A stretch of DNA of 63,960 nt, filler included, from Reclinomonas americana ATCC 50394 (Eukaryota), in NCBI GenBank assembly GCA_048213135.1. It is 14 parts of 14 records of this genome, joined end to end, with 100 filler letters (N's around TTAATTAATTAA, not from the genome) between each part and the next. Parts side by side here need not be neighbours in the genome. Positions count along the whole stretch, not along the records: positions 19,616 to 25,367 come from AFZH01019729.1; positions 25,468 to 31,246 come from AFZH01019730.1; positions 31,347 to 33,784 come from AFZH01019731.1; positions 33,885 to 36,206 come from AFZH01019732.1; positions 36,307 to 40,360 come from AFZH01019733.1; 9 more parts are not named here. One strand, written 5' to 3'. Numbering within the stretch: position 1 is the stretch's first letter; every line of letters starts with the position of its first letter. Both the position numbers and the translations under genes were made by a program. The notes beneath the pieces were generated by a model. The model was not told where the DNA came from. It did not search any database and saw nothing but the letters and a program-made list of their open reading frames with translations. Shown in pieces: positions 24,657 through 36,792 of this stretch.

Positions 24657-25325
24657 CGCTACAACTCTGGTCCTCGCCGTCGTACCCACACTGCGCGATA
24701 CAGACCTTCCCCTCGGGTCGTGTGGTGTATTTCTACGCTTCGAAACAAACCATGCACAAGAGTTTCCCGAGCGGTATCGAGGTGTTCCTGTTTGAGAACG
24801 GACAGGTGGAGAAGCACCACCCCGACGGCCGCAAGTACGTGCGATTCCCGGATGGCACACAGAAAGTCATGTACCCTGCGGACGGCTCGGTGAGTGCGCC
24901 GCGGTGGCCTGCAGTGCATGTGCCATGTCGCGACTCGCCCCGGTTGACCGCGTCCCTTCGCATGCAGGAGTTCACTCGCTTCCCGGATTCATCGTGGCAG
25001 CGACTGGAGGCCAGCGGAGATCTGGTCATTGCGTACCACGACGGACAGCGAGTGCTGTATCATGCGGATGGAGCGAAGGAGCTCCTGGTGGGTTCCGAAA
25101 AGGTGTTTTCCGACAGCCATCGCCGCTTTGTTCGGTCGAACCTGTCTCACCATTGTCATACAGCCACCGGCTCAATCTGGCGGCCAACCACCGCGCCCTC
25201 TTGTTGCATCCAAGGCGCCGCCGCCTAGTCAGCTGCAGCCCTCGGCCGCCGAAGCTGCGCTGGTCGCCGAGCGGCGCGCACGTGCAGCACACAATGCCAG
25301 CGTGCAGCCGTGGGATGTGCGATGA
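19209..25325 (+). CDS. CENPJ: Centriole assembly protein SAS-4/CENPJ/CPAP (multi-exon; first exon before the gap)
   Basis: Coiled-coil exons (ELEAEIQSYKNE, EEELRKLKREKRV) and a Tcp10_C/G-box domain YPNGTRKE..YFTNGDVKQTFPSGRVVYFYA..FENGQVEKHHPDGRKYVRFPDGTQK. The 5' exon MSGGTDRAFAMLEAESP is assigned by inference. Confidence 0.9.
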
Positions 25326-25594
25326 TGGGAGCGGAGGATTAGTGAAGCGCATTTGAGATATTTGAGANNNNNNNNNNNNNNNNNNNNNNNNNNNNNNNNN
25401 NNNNNNNNNNNTTAATTAATTAANNNNNNNNNNNNNNNNNNNNNNNNNNNNNNNNNNNNNNNNNNNNAGAGGAGAGGAGAGGAGAGGAGAGGAGAGGAGA
25501 GGAGAGGAGAGGAGAGGAGAGGGAGAGGAGAGGGGAGGAGAGGAGAGGAGAGGAGAGGGGAGGAGTACGAAAGAATGTGGCGCCTATGTCTCAC

Positions 25595-27359
25595 CTCCGG
25601 AGGCTGCAGGGCGGGTGCGTCAGTGAACACCAGATCGTCCTTGCCGGTCAGTCGGCGTGCCAAACACAAGAACGGCTTCTCAAAGTTGTAGTTTGACTTG
25701 GCCGAGATGTCGTAGTACATGAGGTTCTGCGAGCGGGGAAAACTCCAGTGAGCGCGCTGGAAAGACAACAGCACAAGACAGCAACGACAACAACAAAACC
25801 TTCTTGCGGTGGAACGTGATCGACTTCATGCGGACCTTGCGGTCGGGCAGATCCATTTTGTTGCCGCACAGCACAATCGGGATGTGGTCGCACACTCGTG
25901 TCAAGTCGCGGTGCCAGTTGTTGACGTTCTTGTACGTTTGGCGGGCTGTAAGAGGAGAAGGAGGTTGTGGGTGACAAGGAGGGGGAAGGACAAGGAGGGA
26001 GGCGAGGCAAGAGGGACGAGCCATAGAGCGACAAGAGAGATGAGACGAGAACGAGAGAAGAGAGACGAGAAACGAGAAGAGAGGCGAGCGACAAGGAGAG
26101 GCGAGACGAGCGACAAGGAGAGAAGAGACGAATGAAAACGAGAGAAGAGACAGGCGACAAGGGGAGAGAGACGAGCGACAAGGGGAGAGAGACGAGCAAC
26201 AAGAATTGGAAGGAAGGCGGAGAGGCAAGAGGGACGAGCCATAGAGCGACAAGAGAGATGAGACGAGAAACGAGAGAAGAGAGGCGAGTGGCAAGCGAGG
26301 ACAAGGAGAGGCGAGACGAGCGACAAGGAGGAGAGACAAGAGCGACAACAACAACCGAGTGGCGCGAATCGAAAAACTCACCAGTCACGTCAAACATGAT
26401 GATACCTACAACCAGCACCCCACATCAGCAACGCCACACACATTATCACAGTCAGACCTCACAACACACACACACACACCGCAGTCGCCACCAATGTAGT
26501 ATCCGTCGCGCAGGCCACCAAACTTCTCCTGACCAGCAGTGTCCCACACCGAGAAGCAAATGTTGCCGTAGTTGGTGGTGAACACCAGCGGGCGCACCTC
26601 CACACCGACAGTGGCGAGGTACTAATGAACAATGAATGAGGAGTTTGCCTTGAGAGAGAGAGAGTGTTAAATCGGTCACCACCCACCTTCTTCTCAAACT
26701 CGCCAGTCGTGTGGCGCTTGACAAAGGTCGTCTTGCCGACACCACCGTCACCGCTGTGTGCAGAAGAGCGCGCGTGTGAGACAACTAATTAAAAAAAAAG
26801 TCGACATGTGCGCCATGTGAGAAAGAGTCACACACACACACGCACGCGCATGCACACGCGCAAAGAGGTGTTGAGCGAGAGGCCGTGTGAGAAAGCGTGC
26901 ATTGCGATGATGAGAGCAATGAGTATGTGAATGAGTGCGAGGTCAAAGTGAGTGACACCGAGAGTGGTCTTGATTCGAATTGCACCGCGCCAAACATAGG
27001 CGCACGCAGAAGCACACACGTGCGCAAACACACAGTGAGAGAAGGCGAGAGAGAAAGAGACAGCGATGAGAGACAGGCGCGTGCGTCAAAGTCACAGGGC
27101 CGTTTGCAACGGTCGCGTGCGCCATCACTCGATGCACACACACACACACGCGCGCGCGAGAGAGAGAGGAGAGAAGAGAGGGAGGCGATGGTTTACTCAC
27201 ACAAGCACCAGCTTGAAGGTGGGCATATCCTTGTACTGCTCAGTCTGCGAGAGGGAGGGAGAGAGAGCCACTGGGTCAGCGGGCATTTCCACCAGACACA
27301 AGCACACCACATGCGCGTGGTGATTCGATTGGTGGAGGGTGGTTGTGCGTGCTCACCAT
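25595..27359 (-). CDS. RAN: Ran GTPase (multi-exon, 3' partial)
   Basis: [70 protein letters not shown] and [17 protein letters not shown]. The first coding exon appears to be ATG only. Confidence 0.96.
25975..26345. repeat. Purine-rich intronic duplication (period about 220 bp) in Ran
   Basis: GAGGCAAGAGGGACGAGCCATAGAGCGACAAGAGAGATGAGACGAG near 26004 and 26222. Confidence 0.8.
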
Positions 27360-27979
27360 GTGCGCTGCAAAAAGATGATAACGAGATTAGACTGCACGCT
27401 TCTCTCGGGCGACCAGAAGACAACTCAAAATTGACTCTCTAGTCGGTTGGTTCGCGTTCCCGCATTTTTCGTGGCGAAGCATTGTGCGTTGATGCAGACC
27501 GTGAGCGATGAGGTGACGCAGTGCGAAGCGTGATCCTGCACGTTCAGCTGAACGGGAAGAACCTCGAAAAAGACACGCGCAGTCAATCCATGTATACCCA
27601 ATATTGTTCGAAGGCACTGGGCTTTCCTTCGGGAACCAGCCCCTGGTCAACATGCAACTGGATGCATAGGGCGAATATGTCTGCATGCCCCTTTGTTGGA
27701 TACTCCCAGACCATGGTCATGCGTGTCATCTGCGCGGATCCGGATCCGGAAATCGAATTCGAGTCGCGATCGACGCCAAAGGCACCACCGACGTGAGCCT
27801 CACCAACAACAGGACAAGCTCTCTTCTGTCACCCCCACCACCAACTACGGCACCACCACTGCTTTTGCTTTGCTTGCTTCACGGATCCGGACCCGGCTTT
27901 GCTTTGTTTGCCTGGCTTATGGCCTTTCCCTGAATTCGGTGTGCCGTGTACGATCGCAGAAAACGCTATGCGTCTATGC

Positions 27980-28170
27980 AAATGCATCAAATCCACTGGC
28001 CAACCACGCTTTTGCGGTGAAGATCGCAGTTCTCGACTTGTTCGGAGCTGCAAGAGCAAATTCGAACACAGGGAACCTGCTGCTGCTGCCTCAAGATTGG
28101 TGTCTGTGTTGATGTTTTGGATATGGTTGAACTTGGTCATCAAGACAGCTGTTGCTTGTTGGTTGGTGAA
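27980..28170. repeat. Dispersed repeat, copy 1 (copy 2 at about 35912-36100)
   Basis: Collinear shared blocks ATCCACTG, TGCGG.GAAGATCGCAGT, TTCTCGACTTG, AACCTGC.GCTGC and TGTGTTGATGTTTTGGATATGG..ACTTGG.CATCAA. Confidence 0.75.
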
Positions 28171-28594
28171 TGAACTGTTGTTGTTGTCGTGCCTGCTCCC
28201 GTAAGCACACATCGGCAGGTTGCGGACTGCAAGAAACGCCACATCTCGGTAGCTCGTTGCGTTTTGGTGCATCATGCATGCACAACCTTCCATTCCGGCT
28301 CACACGCCACGGGTCGACACAGCCACGCACGGCTACGAAGCCCGCGTGGTGGCCACCGACCCGCTGCAGGAGGGCAGCCCCAGTGCCATGGTGGCCTCTG
28401 CTCTCATCACTGGCGGGGCCGACTGGCGTGCACATCCGAGTGCGGCTGCTCGGTGCGACAAGCCCTGCTTCGCATTGTATGCAGTGACGCTTGGAGGAGC
28501 CAGCCTCGCCAGCTGCATTTGCTGTGCCACGAGCACGCACAACTCGACACGATGCTCCGTCTCGGCGGCGGCGACGAGGACGATAGTGCTGCAT

Positions 28595-30409
28595 CTAGTG
28601 CCGCCGCTCTCTCTGCACTTCCTCCTCCTCCCTTGCCTCAACACCTTGCTGTGTGTTCGCTTTCACTCCCATCGCTTCATAAAGCCGCATTCTGGATTCG
28701 CGTCCACCGCCTCACCCGCCGGCAATTGCGTCTTTGGCTTTTGCAGCCGGGAGATCTCCTCCACGTCGTGCGTCACCCAAATGTCGTCTTGGGTGGGCGT
28801 GGAATCGCCGTCGACTTCCACCACCTGCAAAAGAAGAGTCGTGAACAGGTGACTCACCGCAAAAAAAAAGGCGACGACACACGCAACGTTGCACTGATTC
28901 TTGGCGTCAAAATTGTAACCTGGCGCCAGTTTCGAGTACACCTGCTCCCGGAAGTTGACACCACGCACCGGGCCCTGTTGCGACATGAGCTCCCACATGC
29001 GCTTGAATGCCACTTGTCGAGCCTCGCCATCGTCCTGCATGTTCGCACCCCTCGTGAGTGACTTGCAGGAGCAGCACCACCACGCCACTGCCACGCAACG
29101 TCGGCGACACTGATGATCATGTTGTGCACCGTGTGCTTCTCAAAGATGCCTCGCATGCCCTCCAGCGCACCGACAACATGCAGTCCGATGGTGAACCGGG
29201 CCTGTGTCGCAACACGGCAATCAGCGACAAAATTGAAACCACCCCACAGTCGGCAGCCACCTGCAACGCAACCAGCAAAATGTCTTCGTGCACCACCTTG
29301 TCGAGACGCAGTGTGGAGGTGATGGTGTCGCCGCTCTGCGGTTTCTGCAGCACACCGATTCTGTTTAGAGTGAAAGCCACGGCACAACAGAGCGCATTCG
29401 TGCAAACCCCCGAATCCGCCGTCTCGTTCGACAGCAAGTCCTTGTGCACCGTGACGCGGTCGGCCACGCGATTAATGTCCACATTGATCTTGGCCACCAG
29501 CAGCGGCAGCTGACGCGGCTCGAACATCATCACGCGGCATCCAGCCTTGGCCGCCAAGACGGTGAAGTAGCCGGCCAGGGCCTGCGACGTCACGCAGTGA
29601 GCTGACAAGACAGCTGTGCGAAGCAAGCAAAAAGCGCAACTCCAGCGTCAATCACGAGCGGGCGCTCGCCCGAGGCCGTCGGCTTTGAGCACTCGCGATT
29701 GAACAGGCGCTGCAGAATGGCGGTCTCCGTCTGCGCCCACACACCGCTATCCAGCACCGACTGCACACGCAGCTCCGAGTCAGTCTCCTCTCGCGTGATG
29801 CTTTCTGCCCCTCCCTCCACACTCTACCTTGTGGGGTCGTGCATACGGCATGGCCGCCATCAGGAACGACGGCTGCGTCAGCGTGCGTCGGAGCTTGAGC
29901 GCCGGCCTCCCCGCCACATTGAACTCGTCAATCCACGGCACTCGCAGCAGCACATTGCCAGCACCACTCGCCGTGCGCTTGCTCGTCTCCCGAGCCACCG
30001 CCACTCGCTGCGCCTCACGCAACAGCGCGCGATACACCAGCGAGTCCTCCTCACCGCCCTCACTCGCCTTTTGCAGCAACTCGGCATTGTCGAGCACGTG
30101 CTGCAACTGCGTCACCCACTGCGCACGCAGCGACGCCAGTGCACCGTTTGCGCGGTCGGCCGACCACCCGAGCGCCACGCCCAAGCGTGTCGCCACCGCT
30201 GTCAGTGACTCGTGCATGTTGCCCTCGTTCACTTCCTCCGCATCGTGCAAGTCTCCGTGACCAAAGAGCGGTGAGTCAGCGTCGTGTTGACTCTGCAACA
30301 GCACCGCACCACTGGCGTTGATGGAGACGTGCGAGGGTGTTGCTGAGCAAGCAGCGATCGCAGAGAGAGCGACAAGGGCGAGTAGCAGTGACAACACCAC
30401 GCGCCGCAT
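28595..30409 (-). CDS. Secretory-pathway FkbM-like (Methyltransf_21) SAM-dependent methyltransferase; 3' end uncertain
   Basis: Signal/anchor MRRVVLSLLLALVALSAIAACSA, SGVWAQTET, LVIDAG..GYFTVLAAKAGCRVMMFEP and TLRLDKVVHEDILLV. Confidence 0.7.
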
Positions 30410-30430
30410 GTGATGGGAAGGAAACACAGA

Positions 30431-30890
30431 TTTTGGCGCCAAAAATCGAGAGGACGCGAAGGTGGTGGAATGGGAAAGGGTGCTTGGTATGCGCCGAGTG
30501 TGGTACGGGGAGGTGGTGCGTGGAGTGCAGGAGAGATAAGCATGGGGAGGGGTGCGCATATATATTTTTCCGATGGCGTCGACGTCGACGTCGCTTGTTG
30601 GCCATGGAGGCAGCTTGGAGACGCCAGAGTAAGTGTGCGCACATACACTGTTGATATGGATGCACATATGTGTATACGTCGCACACCGTGGGCTCACGCG
30701 AAGAGGTGCATTCAGCGCGCGCGCTGGGAGACGTTTGGCGCCAAAATATTGTGCGACTCGCAGGAACCGCTGCGCTTGCATGATACACAGCCACTTTCGT
30801 GCGTATATCTAGATGGCACAGTGAGTTGCAACCGCCGTGGCCACTCTCTCCACTCTCTCGTCAAGGGGACATCTCGGGACTTGGCGCCAA
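30431..30890. promoter_or_regulatory. Divergent promoter with three TTGGCGCCAA palindromes (E2F-like)
   Basis: TTTTGGCGCCAAAA 30431-30444, TTTGGCGCCAAA 30734-30745 and TTGGCGCCAA 30881-30890, between head-to-head ATGs at 30409 and 30910. Confidence 0.5.
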
Positions 30891-30909
30891 TTTTGCATTC
30901 ATAGCAAAC

Positions 30910-32165
30910 ATGTGCGCTCGGGTTCTCCTTGTGTTGATGGTGGTGTGCCTCAGCTGCGGAAGTGGTGCGTGAGTGAGTGACTGGCGTGAGAGGATGAATG
31001 CGTGCTCAATGTGCGTGTGCATGCAGCACTGGGCGTGTATCAGCAGTATGCACCAGAGACACCACTGTCGCGAGTGTTTGCCGACTTGGCGCGCTCGAAT
31101 GCATGGCCAGAAGAGCGACTGAGGCCAGCACTGGAGGCGTTGAGTGAGCAGGTAGGCTCAACTGTCAACCTCGCGTCTCTCTCTCTCTCTCTCTCCCTCT
31201 CACTCACCTCTCACGCACAGTTCCTCACACAAGTCGTCGACCTCATNNNNNNNNNNNNNNNNNNNNNNNNNNNNNNNNNNNNNNNNNNNNTTAATTAATT
31301 AANNNNNNNNNNNNNNNNNNNNNNNNNNNNNNNNNNNNNNNNNNNNCTCCGTCCCTCATGGACTCTCTAGGCACCTCCTGCAACTGGTGCCTACAGACAC
31401 TGGAGTACGAGGTCTCCGGCACCCACCTCTTCACCATCATCTGGAACTCAATCATCATTGTCGAGCTCATCTTCCTCCTCGCCATGCTCGTGCGCGACTA
31501 CGGCACCACCTTTGATGGAGGCGCACGTGTCGCCGTCACCTCTTCCTCGTCGTCTTCCACCACCACAGTCTCGGTGGCTGCGCGACAACAGCAGCAACTG
31601 CAAGGAGAGCAGCAGCAGAATGGAACTGCAGCCGCCCCGACTGCTGCAGCAGTGCCTCCTCCGCCTGCGGGCAATGGAGAGCGTGCGAGCAGGAAGTTGG
31701 AGCCACTGGTGCAGCAGTTGAGTGAGAGGAGATGGGGGGAAGGAAAGGGAGAAAGTGTATGTGAATGTGTGTGTGAATGTGTGTGTGTGTGTGTGTGTGT
31801 GTGTGAGTGTGAGTGTGTGTGTGTGTGTGTGAGTGTGTGTGTGTGTGTGAGTGTGTGTGTGTGTGTGTGAGAGAGAGCACAGGGAGAGTACATGAAGAGA
31901 ACAAACAGAGAGAACGCACATTCTCTCATGCTTTCTCTCTCACACACACTCTCACACTCTCACACTCTCACTGCTCTCTCTCTCTGTTCTCTCACAAACT
32001 GTGTGTGATAGTGTGTGTGTGCGTGTGAGAGAGAGAGAGAGCACAGGAAGAGAACGCACAGAGAGAGAACGCACTTCTCTCAACACTGCACGCTCTCTTT
32101 GTTTTCTCTCACACATTCTCTCGCAGTCACTCACTGCACTCACTTACACGCACTCTCTCTTTTGT

Positions 32166-32203
<38 letters not shown>

Positions 32204-33784
32204 CGCGTGTGTGCATTTGCTGACGTGCATTTGATTTCTTCCGTCGTCATTTGGCGCGTTCCCTCTGTCTCTCTCTCTCGTGAAATACATAGACAAGCGC
32301 CACCGAAGCGGAATCGGCGCAAGTTGGTGGCGGAGGCTGAGGATGACGTGGAGGCGGGGCGTGCGGCGTTGATCAAGGATGAGGATCGCAAGCGTTGCGT
32401 GTATGAGATGCATCTTTATCTTTGTCTCTCTCTCTCTCCTTCTCCTTCCCCCTCTCTTTCCTCTCTCTCACTCACTCCCCTTCCCTTTCTCCCCCTCCCT
32501 CCCCTCCGTCTCACTCTCCGCCACCCTTCCGTTTCGCCATCACAGACGGCAAGCGCGCACACCGACGAAACAGCCGCTCGCGTCTGCGAGAGAGCAACAG
32601 TGGTTGCTGTCCCAAGGCACGCCCGCTTCGCCCCCAGCACTACCGCTTCCTGGTCTTCAGTGCGGTGGTGTACACGGCGGCGGCTCTGGGGCACATTCTG
32701 TTGGGCCCGGAGGACGAGTGGGGTGTTCTGTCGACGCTGTTTGGGTTGCGTGGCGTGGCCGCTGGTCTCCACGTGGGAGATCGACGCTCACGTCCTTTTT
32801 GTTCTCTGTGTCTCAGCTTTGGCGTCGGCCTCGGTGGCCAGGTCTTCATCATGGCCTACATGCTGTGCCTGTTCCTGTCGAGTCGCCTCTCTCGCCGTCC
32901 GTTCAAGGTGGCCATGATTGCCGCCACCGTCATGACACTCATCTTTGTGATTCCACTGGTTTGGCTCTCGCTTCACCCAGCTTGCAAGTGAACAGCTGCC
33001 TCACGACGCACATTCCCTCTCGCCAGATTGTCATTCGACTGGCGGTACCCGGAAACACCTTGGCGGCGGAGCTGCTCTTCACGGGCGTGGTCTTCACCAT
33101 TTTCCTCGTGGCCGCCGTGTGCACCCTCCTCTGGCAGTGGCTGGTGATTGCGGCGGGTCGAGCGGAGATCTGGCTCGCCCTCTACATTATCGGCGTGTTC
33201 CTCTTCAGCGCCATTGCCAACTACCTAGCCGCCCGCAACTCGTGCACCGGCTACTGGTGCGATGTGCCCCTTTCCTTTTCATCCTCATGGTGTCTGGCTT
33301 CGCCTGACTCGCAATTCTCTCGGCAGTTTCGAGATTCTCTCCGATCTCGTGCAGTCGCTGCCATTCGGTCCCGCCCTCTACTTTTACTTTGCCGAGGACA
33401 CGGCCAACTCGGGCGTGCGTGCTGTCATGTTTGAGCCCATCAACAGCGACAGCCTGCTGAAGGACTACTTTGATCAGCCGCACAAGCGCTACGGTGCGCT
33501 TTTACCACCTTTCCCTCTCCTCCCCCTTCACATCTGATTATGTGAGCACAGGTACACTGAGTGGCCGCGATGAGCCGCGTGTCATCACCCGCAGTGAGGT
33601 GCAGATGGTCCGCAAGATCGGCCAGGGCTCCTTTGGCGACGTGTTCTTGGCTCGCTACCGTGAACTCGAAGGTGACACCGCGCACATGCCCCGTGTGAAC
33701 GTAACTGCAGCTCGTCGCTCATCTCTCTCTCTCCTCGCAGTGGCCGTCAAGCGCATCAACGCGGAGATTGTGGGCGAGGAGGAG
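30910..33784 (+). CDS. Multi-pass (about 7 TM) receptor-like protein fused to a TKL/tyrosine-kinase-like domain (spans a gap, 3' partial)
   Basis: Signal peptide MCARVLLVLMVVCLSCGS, about seven hydrophobic segments at 31.4-33.4 kb, then kinase subdomains I-II ITRSEVQMVRKIGQGSFGDVFLARYR..VAVKRI. Confidence 0.7.
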
Positions 33785-33970
33785 NNNNNNNNNNNNNNNN
33801 NNNNNNNNNNNNNNNNNNNNNNNNNNNNTTAATTAATTAANNNNNNNNNNNNNNNNNNNNNNNNNNNNNNNNNNNNNNNNNNNNAAGGGTGAAAGTTTTG
33901 TTTGCATACGAAGAACGGACAAGTGTCCGCAGAAAAATAAAAATACTACAAGGTGCGACGTCGTAACGAG

Positions 33971-35909
33971 ATGAGCGACGAGTACGAGTCTGGATCGCAT
34001 CCCGATCGCTTTTACAAGCACCAGTGGCCTCGCACACCCTCCACCAGCGACATTGAGCAGCAGCTTCCACGATGGCGCGATCGCATCGCCGGTCAGTTGT
34101 CGCAGTCGATTCTGCACACACACTATGTCGATCGCGACAATGAGCTGATGCGCACGGTCAGTGATTGCGTTGCAGAAGAGAGAGGGAGAGAGAGACTCAG
34201 TGACGTGCACAGGGATTCCGCGATCCGTTTCTTTATGTGGGAGGATCGGGAATCGCGTGGGCGTTGTGCGTGGCCTCGCGCGCTCTCGACGACTATGCCA
34301 GTGGAGGCAGTCACAGTGTGGATGATCATGAGGTTCAACGATGGCGACAGGTGACCATTGAGGCTCGTGCATTGGTCAAACGCATCACGCATGTGTGTCG
34401 TGAACAGTTGAGTTGTCTTCACGACAGTCAATGATTCTGTGGATTCCTTACTTTCCCCGCGCGGGGGATGTCAGGTTGCTTCCGCAGGTGGCCAGGTTCG
34501 AGTTTCAGATCGGCGGGAGCGTGCTGTGCGGCCACGCGGGCCTGGAGCTGACGACAGTGCTCATGTCGCCGGTCGGGAGCGAGGAGAGTCGCGAGGCCGC
34601 CAAGCGACTGGTGCAGCTGAGCAGCCGGGCCATGGAGTGCGAGAGCGACGAGTTTCTGTATGGGCGAGTCGGCTACCTGTTTGCCCTGATGCAGGCGGTG
34701 CATGCTGGCGCGCTGGAGGCTGCGCATGTCGAGGATTTGATGAGGCGACTGGTGACGGAGGTGCTGGAGCGCGGTCAGGAGGGCGCGCGGAGAGAGCCTT
34801 CGTTTCGATGTGCGTGTGTGTGTGTGCGCGTAAAGCAAGGGGGCCAGCATGTGTGTTCACTGCGCAAGGGGTGCACCACAGGTCCGCTGATGTTCCAGTG
34901 GGCGCGCGAGGTTGGTGATTGTTCCGATCTCCATGTCTTGCTTCGCTGCGTGTTGTTGACATGCGAAGCAGTGGTACCTGGGCGCCGCGCATGGCCTTGG
35001 TGGCGTGTTGTACGTGCTGTTGCTGGCCACACAACACTTCTCGCATCTGCTGTCGGAGGATCAAGTGCAGTTGGTGCGCGACGCACTCGACGCCATGCTG
35101 TTGACCTTTGAGCAGCGGAATCCAGCCGACGACGACTCGCCGACGGGGCACTACTCGATTGCGGCCACGGATCCGCCGGGTCGAGTTGCGCGTCTCGTTC
35201 GCCATGCACGTGGTGTGGAGTGTCGCTAATCTGTGCGCACAAACTGCAGGATATTCTTGTGCACTGGTGCCACGGAGCGTGCGGCATGGTGTTCCTGTGG
35301 GCGACGGCATTCGACGTGCTCCACGACGGCACGTACTTGGCGGCAGCGCAAAGGAGTGGTGCGCCTGCCTGCGTGTTCTTTGTTGCTTCTTTGTGCTTCT
35401 CTCTCTCTCCTCTCACCCTGCTGCATCACAGCGGAACGAGTGTGGGAGGAGGGTCTGCTGAAAAAGGCGAGTCGCGTAAAGATACTCCTTTGCCAGCCAC
35501 GTGCTTACCGTACCGATGATGTTCTGCAGGGTCCTGGCATCTGCCACGGTTTGCTTTGAGTACTGCGGGTTTGACAGTGGTCGTCCGTGCTCATTATCGT
35601 TCTTCTGCAGGTGTCTCTGGCAGCATCTTCGCCATGCTTCGTATGCGCCGCTCCCTCTCCACCATGGGCGATCCCGCCGGTCGTGCCAAGTGGCTGTGGC
35701 GGGCGCACCAATTCGCCGCCTTTATGTTTGGCGATCGCACGTTCGTCGAGGAGTCACTGCTGGCTCCCGACCACCCGTACTCGCTCTTCGAGGGCCTTGG
35801 CGGCACCGCCTGCTGCCTCGCTGCCTTGCTGGCGCCGGATCACGAAGGCGCAGTGTTCCCCTTCTTTGAGTTGATACCGCGTACGGCGATAGAAGAGGAT
35901 GAAGAGTGA
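33971..35909 (+). CDS. LANCL: LanC-like protein (LANCL/GCR2 family)
   Basis: DEFLYGRVGYL, YLGAAHGLGGVLYVLL, LVHWCHGACG, GLLKK|GPGICHGVSG, PDHPYSLFEGLGG and FPFFE. Confidence 0.93.
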
Positions 35910-35911
35910 GT

Positions 35912-36100
35912 AAATGCTATCCACTGTATGCGGCGAAGATCGCAGTACGTTCTCGACTTGCAATATACAGTAATTGCTCGAAGTTGAGTGCAAACAGACA
36001 CATGTGCAAGAAACCTGCCGCTGCCTTCAAGACTGATATTTGTGTTGATGTTTTGGATATGGAGGGACTTGGGCATCAACTGTTTTGTGTTGTTGTTGAG
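35912..36100. repeat. Dispersed repeat, copy 2 (see 27980-28170)
   Basis: Same collinear blocks as copy 1; starts immediately after the LANCL stop codon. Confidence 0.75.
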
Positions 36101-36792
36101 ACCTTCGCGGATAAAGTCCTGTGTCATGTTCCCGCCATTTGTGTTGCCAACCATCATGCGAGGGTCGACCATCTTCACTGTCGCCCTCTTTCTGCTGTAC
36201 TTCCGGNNNNNNNNNNNNNNNNNNNNNNNNNNNNNNNNNNNNNNNNNNNNTTAATTAATTAANNNNNNNNNNNNNNNNNNNNNNNNNNNNNNNNNNNNNN
36301 NNNNNNAAGGGAGAGAGGAAGAGGGAGAACGGGAAGGAAAGAGGAAGGAGGGAAGGAAGGGGAAGAGCGAGCAGGTGAGGCAGAGATGAGGAAAAACGAT
36401 AACAGGGAGATGCAAGGGAGACGAAGGAAAGAAACACAGAAGAGGGCTTTCAGGAGAAGCAGAGAGGGGAGACTGAAGATGCGGCGGCAAAGGCAAGTGG
36501 AACGAGGGAAAGGCAAAGAGCGAAGAGGCAAGAGGAGAAGTAGAGAGGAAAAGAGTGAGGGAAAGGAAGACAGTGAAGAATAAAGAAACGACGTGAAGCA
36601 GTGAGGAACGGAGAAGGGGATGGGGGGCAGATGAGAGTGAGCAGCAGGAGTGAAGAGGGAAGGAAGGGAAGGAGATGCTTGAGGAAAGAGGAGAAGGATG
36701 AGGACGGAGAGGCAAGTGGATGGAGGGAAAGGGAGAGAGGAAGAGGGAAAGTTCTGGATCGTCTCACTTGTCCCTCTCTTCTATATCACAGC

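Noticed and set aside
33971..35909. LanC domain as a sign of a lanthipeptide biosynthetic cluster
   Set aside because: It is a stand-alone, intron-containing eukaryotic LANCL with no dehydratase or precursor peptide nearby.
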